DNA from: an uncultured virus (IMG/VR IMGVR_UViG_2061766007_000696)
Taxonomy: Duplodnaviria > Heunggongvirae > Uroviricota > Caudoviricetes
Reading direction: 5' to 3' (one strand)
DNA length: 64,000 bases
Virus record (IMG/VR): IMGVR_UViG_2061766007_000696
Part shown: positions 11,348-20,928 of the stretch, in pieces
How the letters are laid out: each line of letters begins with the position of its first letter
Numbering within the stretch: position 1 is the first letter of the stretch
The notes under the pieces: generated by a model
The model's input: the letters and a program-made list of their open reading frames with translations, nothing else
Told to the model about the DNA's origin: nothing
Database searches by the model: none
Translations under genes and position numbers: made by a program

Positions 11348-11406
11348 TGGGGCGTAGCTCAGATGGTCAGAGCTTTAGGTCGTGGGTTCAAATCCCACCG
11401 TTCCAA
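11348..11406 (+). ncRNA. tRNA-like RNA lacking the anticodon arm
   Basis: TGGGGCG/CGTTCCA acceptor, GCTC-agatggtca-GAGC D arm, only TTTAGGTC before GTGGG-TTCAAAT-CCCAC. Confidence 0.75.
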
Positions 11407-11419
11407 TTAAATAAAAAAG

Positions 11420-11551
11420 AATATAAGTAGTTGATCACATCAACCGGAGTGACACGTAGGATGCTGAGTCAAGACTAGACTTGTCAGCGCTCACCCCGAA
11501 TGGCTGCACAAAAGATGCAGAACTCTTAATCGAGTAAGATTTGCTATATTT
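11420..11551 (+). ncRNA. unidentified multi-hairpin structured RNA candidate
   Basis: GTTGAT/ATCAAC, CGGAGTGA/TCACCCCG enclosing GCTGA..CAAG/CTTG..TCAGC, CTGCA/TGCAG, ACTC/GAGT. Confidence 0.45.
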
Positions 11552-12849
11552 ACACACCTAAGTGAGCGAGAAAGCCCACGGTTTTAACCGTGGGATGAAA
11601 GCGTATTAAACCAAGGAGTTAATTATTGAATAAAGGTGTTAAGTTTAGGATATATCCTAACAAAGAACAAGAAAACTTAATATTGCAGACGCTTGGTTGT
11701 TGCCGACTTATCTACAACAAAGGTTTAGATATGCGTGATAAAGCATATAAGGATGGTGAAAAAGCCAATTATGCAAGTACTTGTAGAATGATAACAGAAC
11801 TAAAAAGTGATGATAACTTTAGCTTTCTTAAAGTAGTTGATTCAATGGCACTTCAACAATCATTAAAAGATTTGGATAGAGCCTATCAGAACTTCTTTAA
11901 GAAAAGAGCAAAGTTTCCGCAGTTTAAGAGTAAGCATAACAACTATCAATCATACAGAACGCTTAATCAAGGTAACAATATCCGTATTGTAGGCAATTAT
12001 CTCAAACTTCCCAAATTGGGATATGTAAAAGTAAAACAATCAATGGAAGTAGGACATATCAACAATGTGACTATTGAGAAAACACCTACAGAAAAATACT
12101 TTGCGGTACTAAATGTAGACTTTGAACCAGAGTTTAAACAAAACAATGGTAATTCAATCGGAATAGATGTAGGACTTAAAGAGTTCTATACAGACAGTAA
12201 TGGTAACAAAATTGATAATCCTAAGTACCTTGAAAAGTCAGAAAAGAAATTAAAGCGTGAACAACGTAAGCTTTCAAGAAAACAGAAAGGCTCAAAGAAC
12301 AGAAATAAACAAAGGATAAGGGTTGCAAGGATCCATGAAAAGGTAACTAATCAGCGTAATGATTTCCTACAGAAAGAATCCACTAAGCTAGTGCGTGAAA
12401 ACCAAACAATCTGCATAGAGGATTTAAACATTAAGGGAATGATACGCAATCATAGATTAGCAAAAACAATATCAAGTGTTTCATGGAGCAAGTTCTTTAC
12501 AATGCTTGAATATAAGGCTACATGGTATGGAAATACAATAATAAGAGTACCTACATTCTATCCAAGTAGTCAGACCTGTAGTAAATGCGGTCAAGGTAAT
12601 CCAATGGTAAAGCATTTGTGGGTAAGAGAATGGGAATGTCCATTTTGCCATACACATCATGATAGAGATTACAACGCAAGCATAAATATCTTAAACAAGG
12701 GGCTGTCACTAGCCTAAGATAGTGGCAAATAGGGTAGGGCATACCCGAATATACGCTTGTGGACACAATGTAAGACGTTGAACCTTTAGGTCAGCGCAGT
12801 AGTGGATGAAGCAAGAATCCCCTGTCTTTAGGCATGTAGGGAGTGTCAA
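11552..12849 (+). mobile_element. IS200/IS605-family non-autonomous (tnpB-only) element; left boundary approximate
   Basis: left-end hairpin CCCACGG-ttttaa-CCGTGGG at 11575-11594, tnpB, right-end hairpin ending in TCAA at 12849; no tnpA seen. Confidence 0.85.
11626..12717 (+). CDS. tnpB: RNA-guided endonuclease TnpB
   Basis: KFRIYPNKEQ HTH, RuvC motifs GIDVG / IEDL / DRDYNAS intact, CxxC..CxxC zinc finger. Confidence 0.95.
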   Translation: MNKGVKFRIYPNKEQENLILQTLGCCRLIYNKGLDMRDKAYKDGEKANYASTCRMITELKSDDNFSFLKVVDSMALQQSLKDLDRAYQNFFKKRAKFPQFKSKHNNYQSYRTLNQGNNIRIVGNYLKLPKLGYVKVKQSMEVGHINNVTIEKTPTEKYFAVLNVDFEPEFKQNNGNSIGIDVGLKEFYTDSNGNKIDNPKYLEKSEKKLKREQRKLSRKQKGSKNRNKQRIRVARIHEKVTNQRNDFLQKESTKLVRENQTICIEDLNIKGMIRNHRLAKTISSVSWSKFFTMLEYKATWYGNTIIRVPTFYPSSQTCSKCGQGNPMVKHLWVREWECPFCHTHHDRDYNASINILNKGLSLA

Positions 12850-12870
12850 GTGCCGCATAGAGATATACAA
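12673..12870 (+). ncRNA. TnpB omega-RNA (reRNA) copy 1 with guide starting GTGCCGCATAGAG
   Basis: overlaps the tnpB 3' end and the right end; conserved with the second copy up to TCAA. Confidence 0.7.
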
Positions 12871-13122
12871 GAATTTTTGTGTGACATATTGTATTTGATT
12901 GATTTGGATAAGGAGCAGAAAGAATGATAGCACATACATGTTATGGAGTTATAGATGATTGTAAGAATGAAGAGAGTTATGGTGAAATTTGTTTACAGTG
13001 CAATAAGTGCGGAAGATTTGACAAGGATGAGACAGAAGAGGAGCAGGAAGAATGACAGATAAATTAAGAGAACTGATAGACAATGCCACATTTAGACCCG
13101 TAGGAACTTTTGNNNNNNNNNN

Positions 13123-13320
13123 AATGCAAGTATAAATATTTTAAACAAAGGGCTGTCACTAGCCTAAGATAGTGATAAATAGGGTAGGGCATACCCGAAT
13201 ATACGCTTGTGGACATTGTGTAAGACGTTGAACCGCTTGCGGTCAGCGCAGTAGTGGATGAAGCAAGAATCCCACGAATTTATTCGTGGGAGTGTCAACA
13301 AATATCCTAACGGAAAAATA
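13123..13320 (+). ncRNA. second omega-RNA / IS605 right end with a different guide (CAAATATCCTAACGG)
   Basis: about 175-nt near-copy of 12673-12849 with altered hairpins, starting right after a 10-N gap. Confidence 0.7.
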
Positions 13321-13414
13321 GTCGAAACTCTTTCGTATAAAAATTGAATGCATTGACTTGCAAAGGGCGCGAACCTTGCGCCCTTATTTTTATATAAAAA
13401 AGGAGGAAAAAGTT

Positions 13415-13957
13415 TTGTCAACAAGGGGGTTATATGGTATCCGCAAAGGGGGAGTGGATAAGTGTACTTATAACCATTGTGATTCTTATCCCGATGGTTT
13501 AGGCAGAGATATTCTGCAATTCTGTGCTACTCATTCAGAGCAACAAATTTCTGATTTATACAATTTAATAGAGTTATTTAATACTAATGTTCCACCAACA
13601 GAGGAACAGAAAGCTATGTGTAAAATAAATGGCTATGTAAATTTAAATGTTAGTAGTCAATCTGATTCAGATTGGTATTGTTTACTAAGAGAATTACAAG
13701 GTAATATTAATGCTTGGGATAAAGCTCTTAAACAGAATGTAAAGTTACCNNNNNNNNNNNNNNNNNNNNNNNNNNNNNNNNNNNNNNNNNNNNNNNNNTT
13801 TTGTGAGTATGCTTATATTATCAATCTTGATACACATGTTTTAGAGTTTTGGAGAGGATTTCAAACGAAACCTAATTTTAATAACAGATATGGTTTCAAT
13901 ATATCATCTCAAGGNNNNNNNNNNNNNNNNNNNNNNNNNNNNNNNNTTGGGAAATAA
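13415..13957 (+). CDS. conserved phage protein (MSTR...YxHxDxYP type); 3' end uncertain
   Basis: TTG start after aggagg SD; STRGLYG and YNHCDSYPDGLG. Confidence 0.65.
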   Translation: MSTRGLYGIRKGGVDKCTYNHCDSYPDGLGRDILQFCATHSEQQISDLYNLIELFNTNVPPTEEQKAMCKINGYVNLNVSSQSDSDWYCLLRELQGNINAWDKALKQNVKLXXXXXXXXXXXXXXXXXFCEYAYIINLDTHVLEFWRGFQTKPNFNNRYGFNISSQXXXXXXXXXXXXGK

Positions 13958-14020
13958 AACTTTCAGATATAAATTTACAAAATATTGATAATATTATTGA
14001 AGAAATGGAGGATATGTGCA

Positions 14021-14710
14021 ATGAAGATGAAAATTAGACACGGATGTTTCGAATCCAATAGCTCAAGCCAACATTCGATAGCTGTTACAAAAAATGATCA
14101 TTTTCTTAAAATGGAAGATTTTGAGGATTATCCTGNNNNNNNNNNNNNNNNNNNNNNNNNNNNNNNNNNNNNNNNNNNNNNGAAGCTTGATTTTGAAAGA
14201 CATCCATTTAAGTTCCTTTGTACATTTGAAGAAAAAGTACAATTTGCAATTGCATCATTATGTGGCGGTTATATTAAGCCAGAAAAACGTGATGAACAAT
14301 TTAAGTTGATTGTACAGGCAGTACAAACAATTAATCCTAGCATCAAATCAATTAAGCTTCCCGAAGTAGAAGAGGAATTATATTTAGATGAAAAGGGTGA
14401 ACGTATTCCGGCATCTATTGTCCATTATGATTATGATACTGATAAGGATTTTTATATTTTAGATGGACATAAATGGCATGTTACAAAAACAGATTTATAT
14501 CATAGAGTTCCTTATTATGGATATGTTGATCATCAGAGTAGCGGATTACTTGAGGAATTTTTGAAATCTGAGAATATTACACTTGTTGATTTTCTTGGAA
14601 ATAGAAAGTATGTAGTCATCATTAGTGGTGATGAATATTGCGATTGGCAAGCATTCAAATATAGTGGACTTATAAACATTGCTAACATTGAAAAGGAGTT
14701 TGGGGTATGA
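14021..14710 (+). CDS. NSSS-motif protein 1
   Basis: N-terminus MKMKIRHGCFESNSSSQHS; C-terminal GYVDHQS. Confidence 0.75.
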   Translation: MKMKIRHGCFESNSSSQHSIAVTKNDHFLKMEDFEDYPXXXXXXXXXXXXXXXXKLDFERHPFKFLCTFEEKVQFAIASLCGGYIKPEKRDEQFKLIVQAVQTINPSIKSIKLPEVEEELYLDEKGERIPASIVHYDYDTDKDFYILDGHKWHVTKTDLYHRVPYYGYVDHQSSGLLEEFLKSENITLVDFLGNRKYVVIISGDEYCDWQAFKYSGLINIANIEKEFGV

Positions 14711-15199
14711 AAAAAGCAATAAGAGTTAGTGTGTGGGAGACAAATTCATCTTCTTGTCATTCGGTTTCAGTTTCAAGGAAATCAAACAAAGATTATGAGT
14801 CAATAAGACATCATATTGATTTAGACGGAATATTACATATAGAACCAGAGGAATTTGGATGGGAACAAAAAAAATATAGATTTCNNNNNNNNNNNNNNNN
14901 NNNNNNNNNNNNNNNNNNNNNNNNNNNNNNNNNNNNNNNNNNNNNNNNNNNNNNNNNNNNNNNNNNNNNNNNNNNNNNNNNNNNNNNNNNNNNNNNNNNN
15001 NNNNNNNNNNNNNNNNNNNNNNNNNNNNNNNNNNNNNNNNNNNNNNNNNNNNNNNNNNNNNNNNNNNNNNNNNNNNNNNNNNNNNNNNNNNNNNNNNNNN
15101 NNNNNNNNNNNNNNNNNNNNNNNNNNNNNNNNNNNNNNNNNNNNNNNNNNNNNNNNNNNNNNNNNNNNNNNNNNNNNNNNNNNNNNNNNNNNNNNNAGT
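14707..15199 (+). CDS. NSSS-motif protein 2 (mostly in gap)
   Basis: N-terminus MKKAIRVSVWETNSSSCHS. Confidence 0.7.
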
Positions 15200-15601
15200 A
15201 TGAAAATTAAAATTAGGAGTGGATTATTTGAAACAAATTCAAGTTCAACACATTCATTAGTTATTATGACAGAAAAAAATTTTAGAAAGTGGGAATCAGG
15301 TTACTATTATTACAATCCTTATAATTATAAGTATGAACTTGAACATGAATATTTAGACCCTTCTTACAAACCAGTTGACAAAGCTTTATATTCTGAAGAT
15401 GAAGTAAGACAGTTTTTACTTCATAATGCAAATATTACACAAGATGACTTTGAAGATAATGATTTTGAAGATTTAGCTTATGATAGTTGTTTTTATAATA
15501 TAGATAAATTTGATGGTGAATTAGAAGTAGATGAAAAATCATTTGTTACTCCTAGTGGGGATAGAATAATATGCCATTGTGCTTATGGCTATAATTATTG
15601 A
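15200..15601 (+). CDS. NSSS-motif protein 3
   Basis: N-terminus MKIKIRSGLFETNSSSTHS. Confidence 0.75.
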   Translation: MKIKIRSGLFETNSSSTHSLVIMTEKNFRKWESGYYYYNPYNYKYELEHEYLDPSYKPVDKALYSEDEVRQFLLHNANITQDDFEDNDFEDLAYDSCFYNIDKFDGELEVDEKSFVTPSGDRIICHCAYGYNY

Positions 15602-15609
15602 GGGCTAAT

Positions 15610-16500
15610 ATGAAAACAATAGGTAAATATAAAAATGGTAATTATACAGTAACACTTTTATCAGACGGTACTAAGATTCGAGAAACTAAGGATGATGATT
15701 TTAAACCAGAATTTCCTGAATCAATGGATATTACTATTACTGAGAGATGTATAAACAATTGTGCCGAATGTTATGCTAACTGTACACCACAAGGGCAGCA
15801 TTGTGATTTCACTAAATGGCAGACATTATTAAATAGTGTGCATCCTTATACTGAATTAGCCATAAATGGTAATCAGATAACTGATATTCCTCATCTTGAA
15901 GATTTTCTAGTTCATATGAGAGAAAGAAAAGTAGTTGTCAACATGACAGTGAATCAGATTGATTTTGAAAAGAATTGGGAATATTTGAAAAGACTTACTC
16001 ATGAAAAGTTAATATATGGACTTGGGGTTTCACTTAATAGAGTTACTGATGATTTATTAAAATTCTTACAGTTTTTCCCTAATGCAGTACTCCATGTTAT
16101 TTGTGGAATCTTTTCACCAGAGGATTATTCTCTTTTAAAGGATCAGGGGTTAAAACTTTTGATTCTTGGATATAAACAGATTGGCAGAGGTCAAGATTAT
16201 TATATTCAAGATTATAAGAATATTAAACTTAAACAATATTGGTTAAAAGAATATCTGCCTGAAATGCTTGAATATTTTGAGGTTATCAGTTTTGATAATA
16301 ATGCACTGCAACAGTTAGATATTAGAAAACTAATGACTGATAAAGAATGGGAAGAATTCTATATGGGAGATGAGGGCGCATTTACTTTTTTCATCAACCT
16401 TGTACAAGGATATTTTGCTCAGAATTCCATGTCAGAAGTTNNNNNNNNNNNNNNNNNNNNNNNNNNNNNNNNNNNNNNNNNNNNNNNNNNNNNNNNNNNN
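15610..16500 (+). CDS. radical SAM protein (3' end in gap)
   Basis: PESMDITITERCINNCAECY = CxxxCxxC; ELAING and NMTVN. Confidence 0.85.
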
Positions 16501-17240
16501 NNNNNNNNNNNNNNNNNNNNNNNNNNNNNNNNNNNNNACTTGACACAACATCAATATAATAATAACCGAAAAAGTACAATGCAACTTGTGTCAAGTGAAT
16601 TAAATAGAAAGGATTTTATTTATGACTAAAGAACAATTAGCTTTATATAGGGATAGATTTCATTGTGGTGATAAAGTATTTACTGATAATCCGGCAGAAA
16701 CAGGTAAAGAAATTATTGAGGTAACTATCTATGAAAAATATCCTAAATATGCAGTAGTTACTAATGGCAAGTATAGATGGTGTAAACATTGGACAGATTT
16801 AAGATTAAATAACCCATAAGGAGAAAAAAATGAACGGAAAAGAAGTAATGAAATTAATGAAAGATATAGATGATACAATTCAGAAAGCACCTGATTCAAG
16901 TGATCATGTGATTGATTATCCATGTCCTGCTTGTAAAAGCCCAGNNNNNNNNNNNNNNNATATTAATGGCAGAAAATCCTTAGCAAGATTTGGATGTACT
17001 AAATGTTCATGGTTTATTGTTGTATGAAGGAGAATATTAAATGCAATACAGAAATGGGGATTCTGTAGTAATAGACGGTGTAGTAATTGGACAACAGTAT
17101 GATAATGGAGTTTTGTTTTATCAAATTGCTATTGATGATCACATAGTTATCTCAGTACCGAGTAAAGTTGTAAAACCAGGAAATGTGTCAAATAATTCAA
17201 AGATAATGGATGCTAAAGAGTATAAGCCAGGGAGGTTCAA

Positions 17241-18005
17241 ATGAGTTACAAAAGTGAAATTTTTAAAGATATTCTTGAACAATTTGAAACTGAGGAATTA
17301 AAAAACTTCTGCATTGATTTATTAGAAAAAAGACCAGATGAGAATTACACTATACCAAGTAGTACATCATTGAAATATCACAATGAAACTCAATGTCAAT
17401 CAGGAGGACAGATTAAACATGAACTCATGGCTTGTACTATTATGAATTATCTGCTAGGTCTTGAATATATGAAAGAAAAATACCCTAAACCTAAGCAGCG
17501 TGATTCTTTAAGAATAGCAATGTTAATGCATGATTGCTGTAAGACTAATGGTGGTAAATATACTGTTCATGAGCATCCGATTCTTAGTGGCAAATTTGTA
17601 GAAGAATGTGAAGTTGAACATGATATAAAACTTCAGTTAAAGCAGTATATAAGTCGCTTAATAGCTTCACATAGCGGAGAATGGACTACATCAAATAGAA
17701 GTTCAGTTGTTCTTCCTAAACCAGAAACAGATGATCAGTTTCTTATTCATCTTTGTGATTATCTTTCATCAAGGTCGAATTTAGATATGATTTATTCTGA
17801 TGAAGTTAATAAAATGATAAATGATAATCTTCCACCTGAAGATAGACCAGATATTACTACATGGACATTTAAGTTTGGCAAATACGCTGGAAAGTCTATT
17901 CCTGAAATTTTAAATATTGAACCTGATTATCTCAGATGGGTCAAGAACGAATCTGATATGGGTAAAACAGAACCGCTTAAAACATTTTTGGAGAAATTAG
18001 GATAA
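17241..18005 (+). CDS. HD-domain phosphohydrolase with C-terminal FGKY domain
   Basis: KYH, KHE, MHDCCK, SHSG, CDY; FKFGKYAGKSIPEI. Confidence 0.8.
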   Translation: MSYKSEIFKDILEQFETEELKNFCIDLLEKRPDENYTIPSSTSLKYHNETQCQSGGQIKHELMACTIMNYLLGLEYMKEKYPKPKQRDSLRIAMLMHDCCKTNGGKYTVHEHPILSGKFVEECEVEHDIKLQLKQYISRLIASHSGEWTTSNRSSVVLPKPETDDQFLIHLCDYLSSRSNLDMIYSDEVNKMINDNLPPEDRPDITTWTFKFGKYAGKSIPEILNIEPDYLRWVKNESDMGKTEPLKTFLEKLG

Positions 18006-18022
18006 TTAAATAGGGGGGTAAT

Positions 18023-18952
18023 ATGAAACAAAAACACTTTATGGATATTGAAAATCTGAGAGAAGAATCTACTGAATTAAGAGAATCAAATGCTCTTGGA
18101 TTTGAAATAGGGGATATTATTCAAATAACAGAGAAGTATGATGGAGCTAATGCTTGCGCTTGTTGGGATTCTGAAGAAAACTGCATGAAAGCTTTTTCAA
18201 GAAAACAGGAATTAGGATTTCAAAATACACTCAATGGTTTTTGGAATTTTGTGCAAGCTTTTTCAGAGGAAACAATTGCATTATTTCAAGCTCATCCTTA
18301 TTGGAGAATTTTTGGAGAATGGAATCTCAAGAATAAGATAGTTTATAACGACACAGGAAAAGTTAAGCACTGGTATGTGTACGATATTTTTGACACTGAA
18401 ACAGAACGTTGGTTGCATCAAGCTGATGTTAGACATTTCTGTGAGGATGCTAATCTTGAATATATAAATGTATTATATTATGGGCCGTTTACTGGATGGG
18501 AACATGTTAAGACATTTTTGCATTCACCTGCATATGGTGACAAGCAAGAGGGAATAGTTTGTAAGGATCAGACAAAACTTAATAATCCTGATACTAGACT
18601 TCCATTCTATCTTAAGATTGTTAACGAAGATTTCAAAGAAAAGATGAAAACTCGTGAGAAGGTTATTAATCCTGAAGCAGAAGCTGCTAAACAAGAAGCT
18701 ATAGAAATGGCATCGTCAATCATCACAAAGAACAGAGTGGAAAAAGAATTGTTTAAGATGAGAGATGAACAAATTGTTCCTGAAAAAATTACACCACAGG
18801 ATATGGGATTAGTTGCTCGTACTTTACCTCAACGTATTTATGATGATTGCATAAAAGAAGATAAAGAGCTTGTATTACAATGCGGTGAACATTTTACAAA
18901 TACATGTAAATCATTATCGATGAAATATGCCAGGGAAATAATTTTAGAGTGA
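18023..18952 (+). CDS. Rnl2-family RNA ligase
   Basis: TEKYDGAN (KxDG), FGEW, YDIF, EGIVCK, LKIV nucleotidyltransferase motifs. Confidence 0.85.
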   Translation: MKQKHFMDIENLREESTELRESNALGFEIGDIIQITEKYDGANACACWDSEENCMKAFSRKQELGFQNTLNGFWNFVQAFSEETIALFQAHPYWRIFGEWNLKNKIVYNDTGKVKHWYVYDIFDTETERWLHQADVRHFCEDANLEYINVLYYGPFTGWEHVKTFLHSPAYGDKQEGIVCKDQTKLNNPDTRLPFYLKIVNEDFKEKMKTREKVINPEAEAAKQEAIEMASSIITKNRVEKELFKMRDEQIVPEKITPQDMGLVARTLPQRIYDDCIKEDKELVLQCGEHFTNTCKSLSMKYAREIILE

Positions 18953-19000
18953 ATTACCCATCACCTAAAGGTCATGGGTTTTCTGGCTAAACTATAATAA
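18949..19000 (+). repeat. IS200/IS605-end-like palindrome (remnant or MITE)
   Basis: GTGAATTACCCATCACCTAAAGGTCATGGGTT hairpin with no associated transposase. Confidence 0.4.
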
Positions 19001-19007
19001 AATTAGA

Positions 19008-19776
19008 TGAGAAAAAGTATAAAAGGGATTAAAATTGAANNNNNNNNNNNNNNNNNNNNNNNNNNNNNNNNNNNNNGTATATTTCATCATTGTATATTAA
19101 TCAATTATTTATTCCTTCACCAATAAAAGTTTTCTATAATTTAGTGTACACTTTAAAGGATGGTAGTTTAATAAAAGCCACATTATATTCACTCCGAAGA
19201 ATAATAATAGCAATTTTATTGTCAGGTATTATAAGCATTCCTATAGGATTACTTATTTATAATTTTGAGATTGTGAGTGATATTTTAAATCCAATAGCAA
19301 GTGCATTAAGATATCTTCCTATAACAGCTTTTTATCCGTTGTTAATTATGTGGTTTGGAATAAATGAAAAGATGAAAATAGCTTTTCTTTTCATAGCTAC
19401 ATTTGTTTATATGATGCCTTCAGTTGTTCTGTGTTTGAATGAAATTAATGAAGATATTATAAACACTGGTATTACTTTAGGAATGAATAAATGGCAGCTT
19501 ATTACTCAAATACAATTACCTGCTACACTTCCATCAATTATGAATAGTTTTGTTGTAATGATCGGAACATCATATTCTTATATAGCAGTTTGCGAAACAG
19601 TTAATGCAAGATATGGATTAGGATGGATTATACAACAATCTTCTTCAAGAGGAAGAACAGATATGGTATTTATGGCAATTATTGTCATTACAATACTTAG
19701 TGTTATATGTGATTCAATTGGTAAATATTTAATTAAGAAAGCATTTAAATGGAGATATTATAAAGCAGATGATTGA
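19008..19776 (+). CDS. ABC transporter permease (SsuC/TauC/NitT type)
   Basis: FIPSP, ALRYLPITAF, several transmembrane segments, GLGW. Confidence 0.85.
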
Positions 19777-20419
19777 ATTAGAAAACTTAAGCATAGGATA
19801 TTCACACGATAAACCTATCCTTAAAAACATAAATTATATTTTTGAGGATAACAAAATATATGGGTTATTAGGAAAATCTGGCTATGGAAAGAGTACATTA
19901 TTAAGAACAATATGTGGACTCTTAAAACCCATATCGGGCACTATTAAAGTTAATGGCAATTCATTTACAAGTGCAAGGAAAGATAATATCTATATGATGT
20001 TTCAGAACTACACTTGTTTTGATTGGCTAAAATGTCTTGATAATGTTCTTATAGCTCAAAAAGTATATGGAAAAGTTACAAATCAGGATGTGGATAATGC
20101 TATTAAATGGTTAAATGCTGTTGGACTTGGAAAACACTTAGATAAATATCCTACTCAGCTTTCAGGCGGTATGAAGCAACGACTTGCATTAGCAAGAACA
20201 TTGTTCATGAATCCAAATGTAGTTTTAATGGATGAACCTTTATCTGCATTAGATGAAAAGACAAGAGAAAAAATGCAGAATCTTATTATANNNNNNNNNN
20301 NNNNNNNNNNNNNNNNNNNNAATATAATAATAATGGTAACGCATAGTCATGAAGAAGCAGAAAAGGTTTGTGATGTAATCATAGATTTTAGTAAAGGGGG
20401 ATTTGAAAATGGGAATTAA
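19769..20419 (+). CDS. ABC transporter ATP-binding protein
   Basis: GKSGYGKS, LSGGMKQR, LMDEP, VTH. Confidence 0.95.
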   Translation: MIELENLSIGYSHDKPILKNINYIFEDNKIYGLLGKSGYGKSTLLRTICGLLKPISGTIKVNGNSFTSARKDNIYMMFQNYTCFDWLKCLDNVLIAQKVYGKVTNQDVDNAIKWLNAVGLGKHLDKYPTQLSGGMKQRLALARTLFMNPNVVLMDEPLSALDEKTREKMQNLIIXXXXXXXXXXNIIIMVTHSHEEAEKVCDVIIDFSKGGFENGN

Positions 20420-20928
20420 AGATTTATTTTTTGAAAGTAATGAGGAAACTAATNNNNNNNNNNNNNNNNNNNNNNNNNNNNNNNNNNNNNNNNNNNNNNN
20501 NNNNNNNNNNNNNNNNNNNNNNNNNNNNNNNNNNNNNNNNNNNNNNNNNNNNNNNNNNNNNNNNNNNNNNNNNNNNNNNNNNNNNNNAATTAACAGCAAC
20601 ACTTCCTTCTGAAATGGCAACTAATATTAAACAGCAGACAGTGTTAGGGATAATGTCAACAGTTGGATTACTTTCTGAAAGTGTTATTGATGATGGTATA
20701 TTAAGAATTCAATGTCTTGAAAATGCAAAAAATAGTATTACGGATAATTTAACTACTGAAATTCAAAATAATGAAAATACTATTGAATCCCTTAAGGTTC
20801 AGATTGCAGAACTTCAAAAGGATAATGCTATGAAACAAGCACAAATTATCTCAATTAAAAATGCATCAGATACTGAAGTTAATCGTATAAAAGGATTAAT
20901 TGATTTTGTAGGAGGAACGGATAAATGA
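20409..20928 (+). CDS. coiled-coil hypothetical protein
   Basis: ORF spanning a gap, helical C-terminus, translationally coupled to its neighbours. Confidence 0.55.

Noticed and set aside
11652..11661. Self-targeting of tnpB by guide 2 (shared ATATCCTAAC)
   Set aside because: Only 10 nt match, excluding the first guide bases, which is expected by chance in AT-rich DNA.
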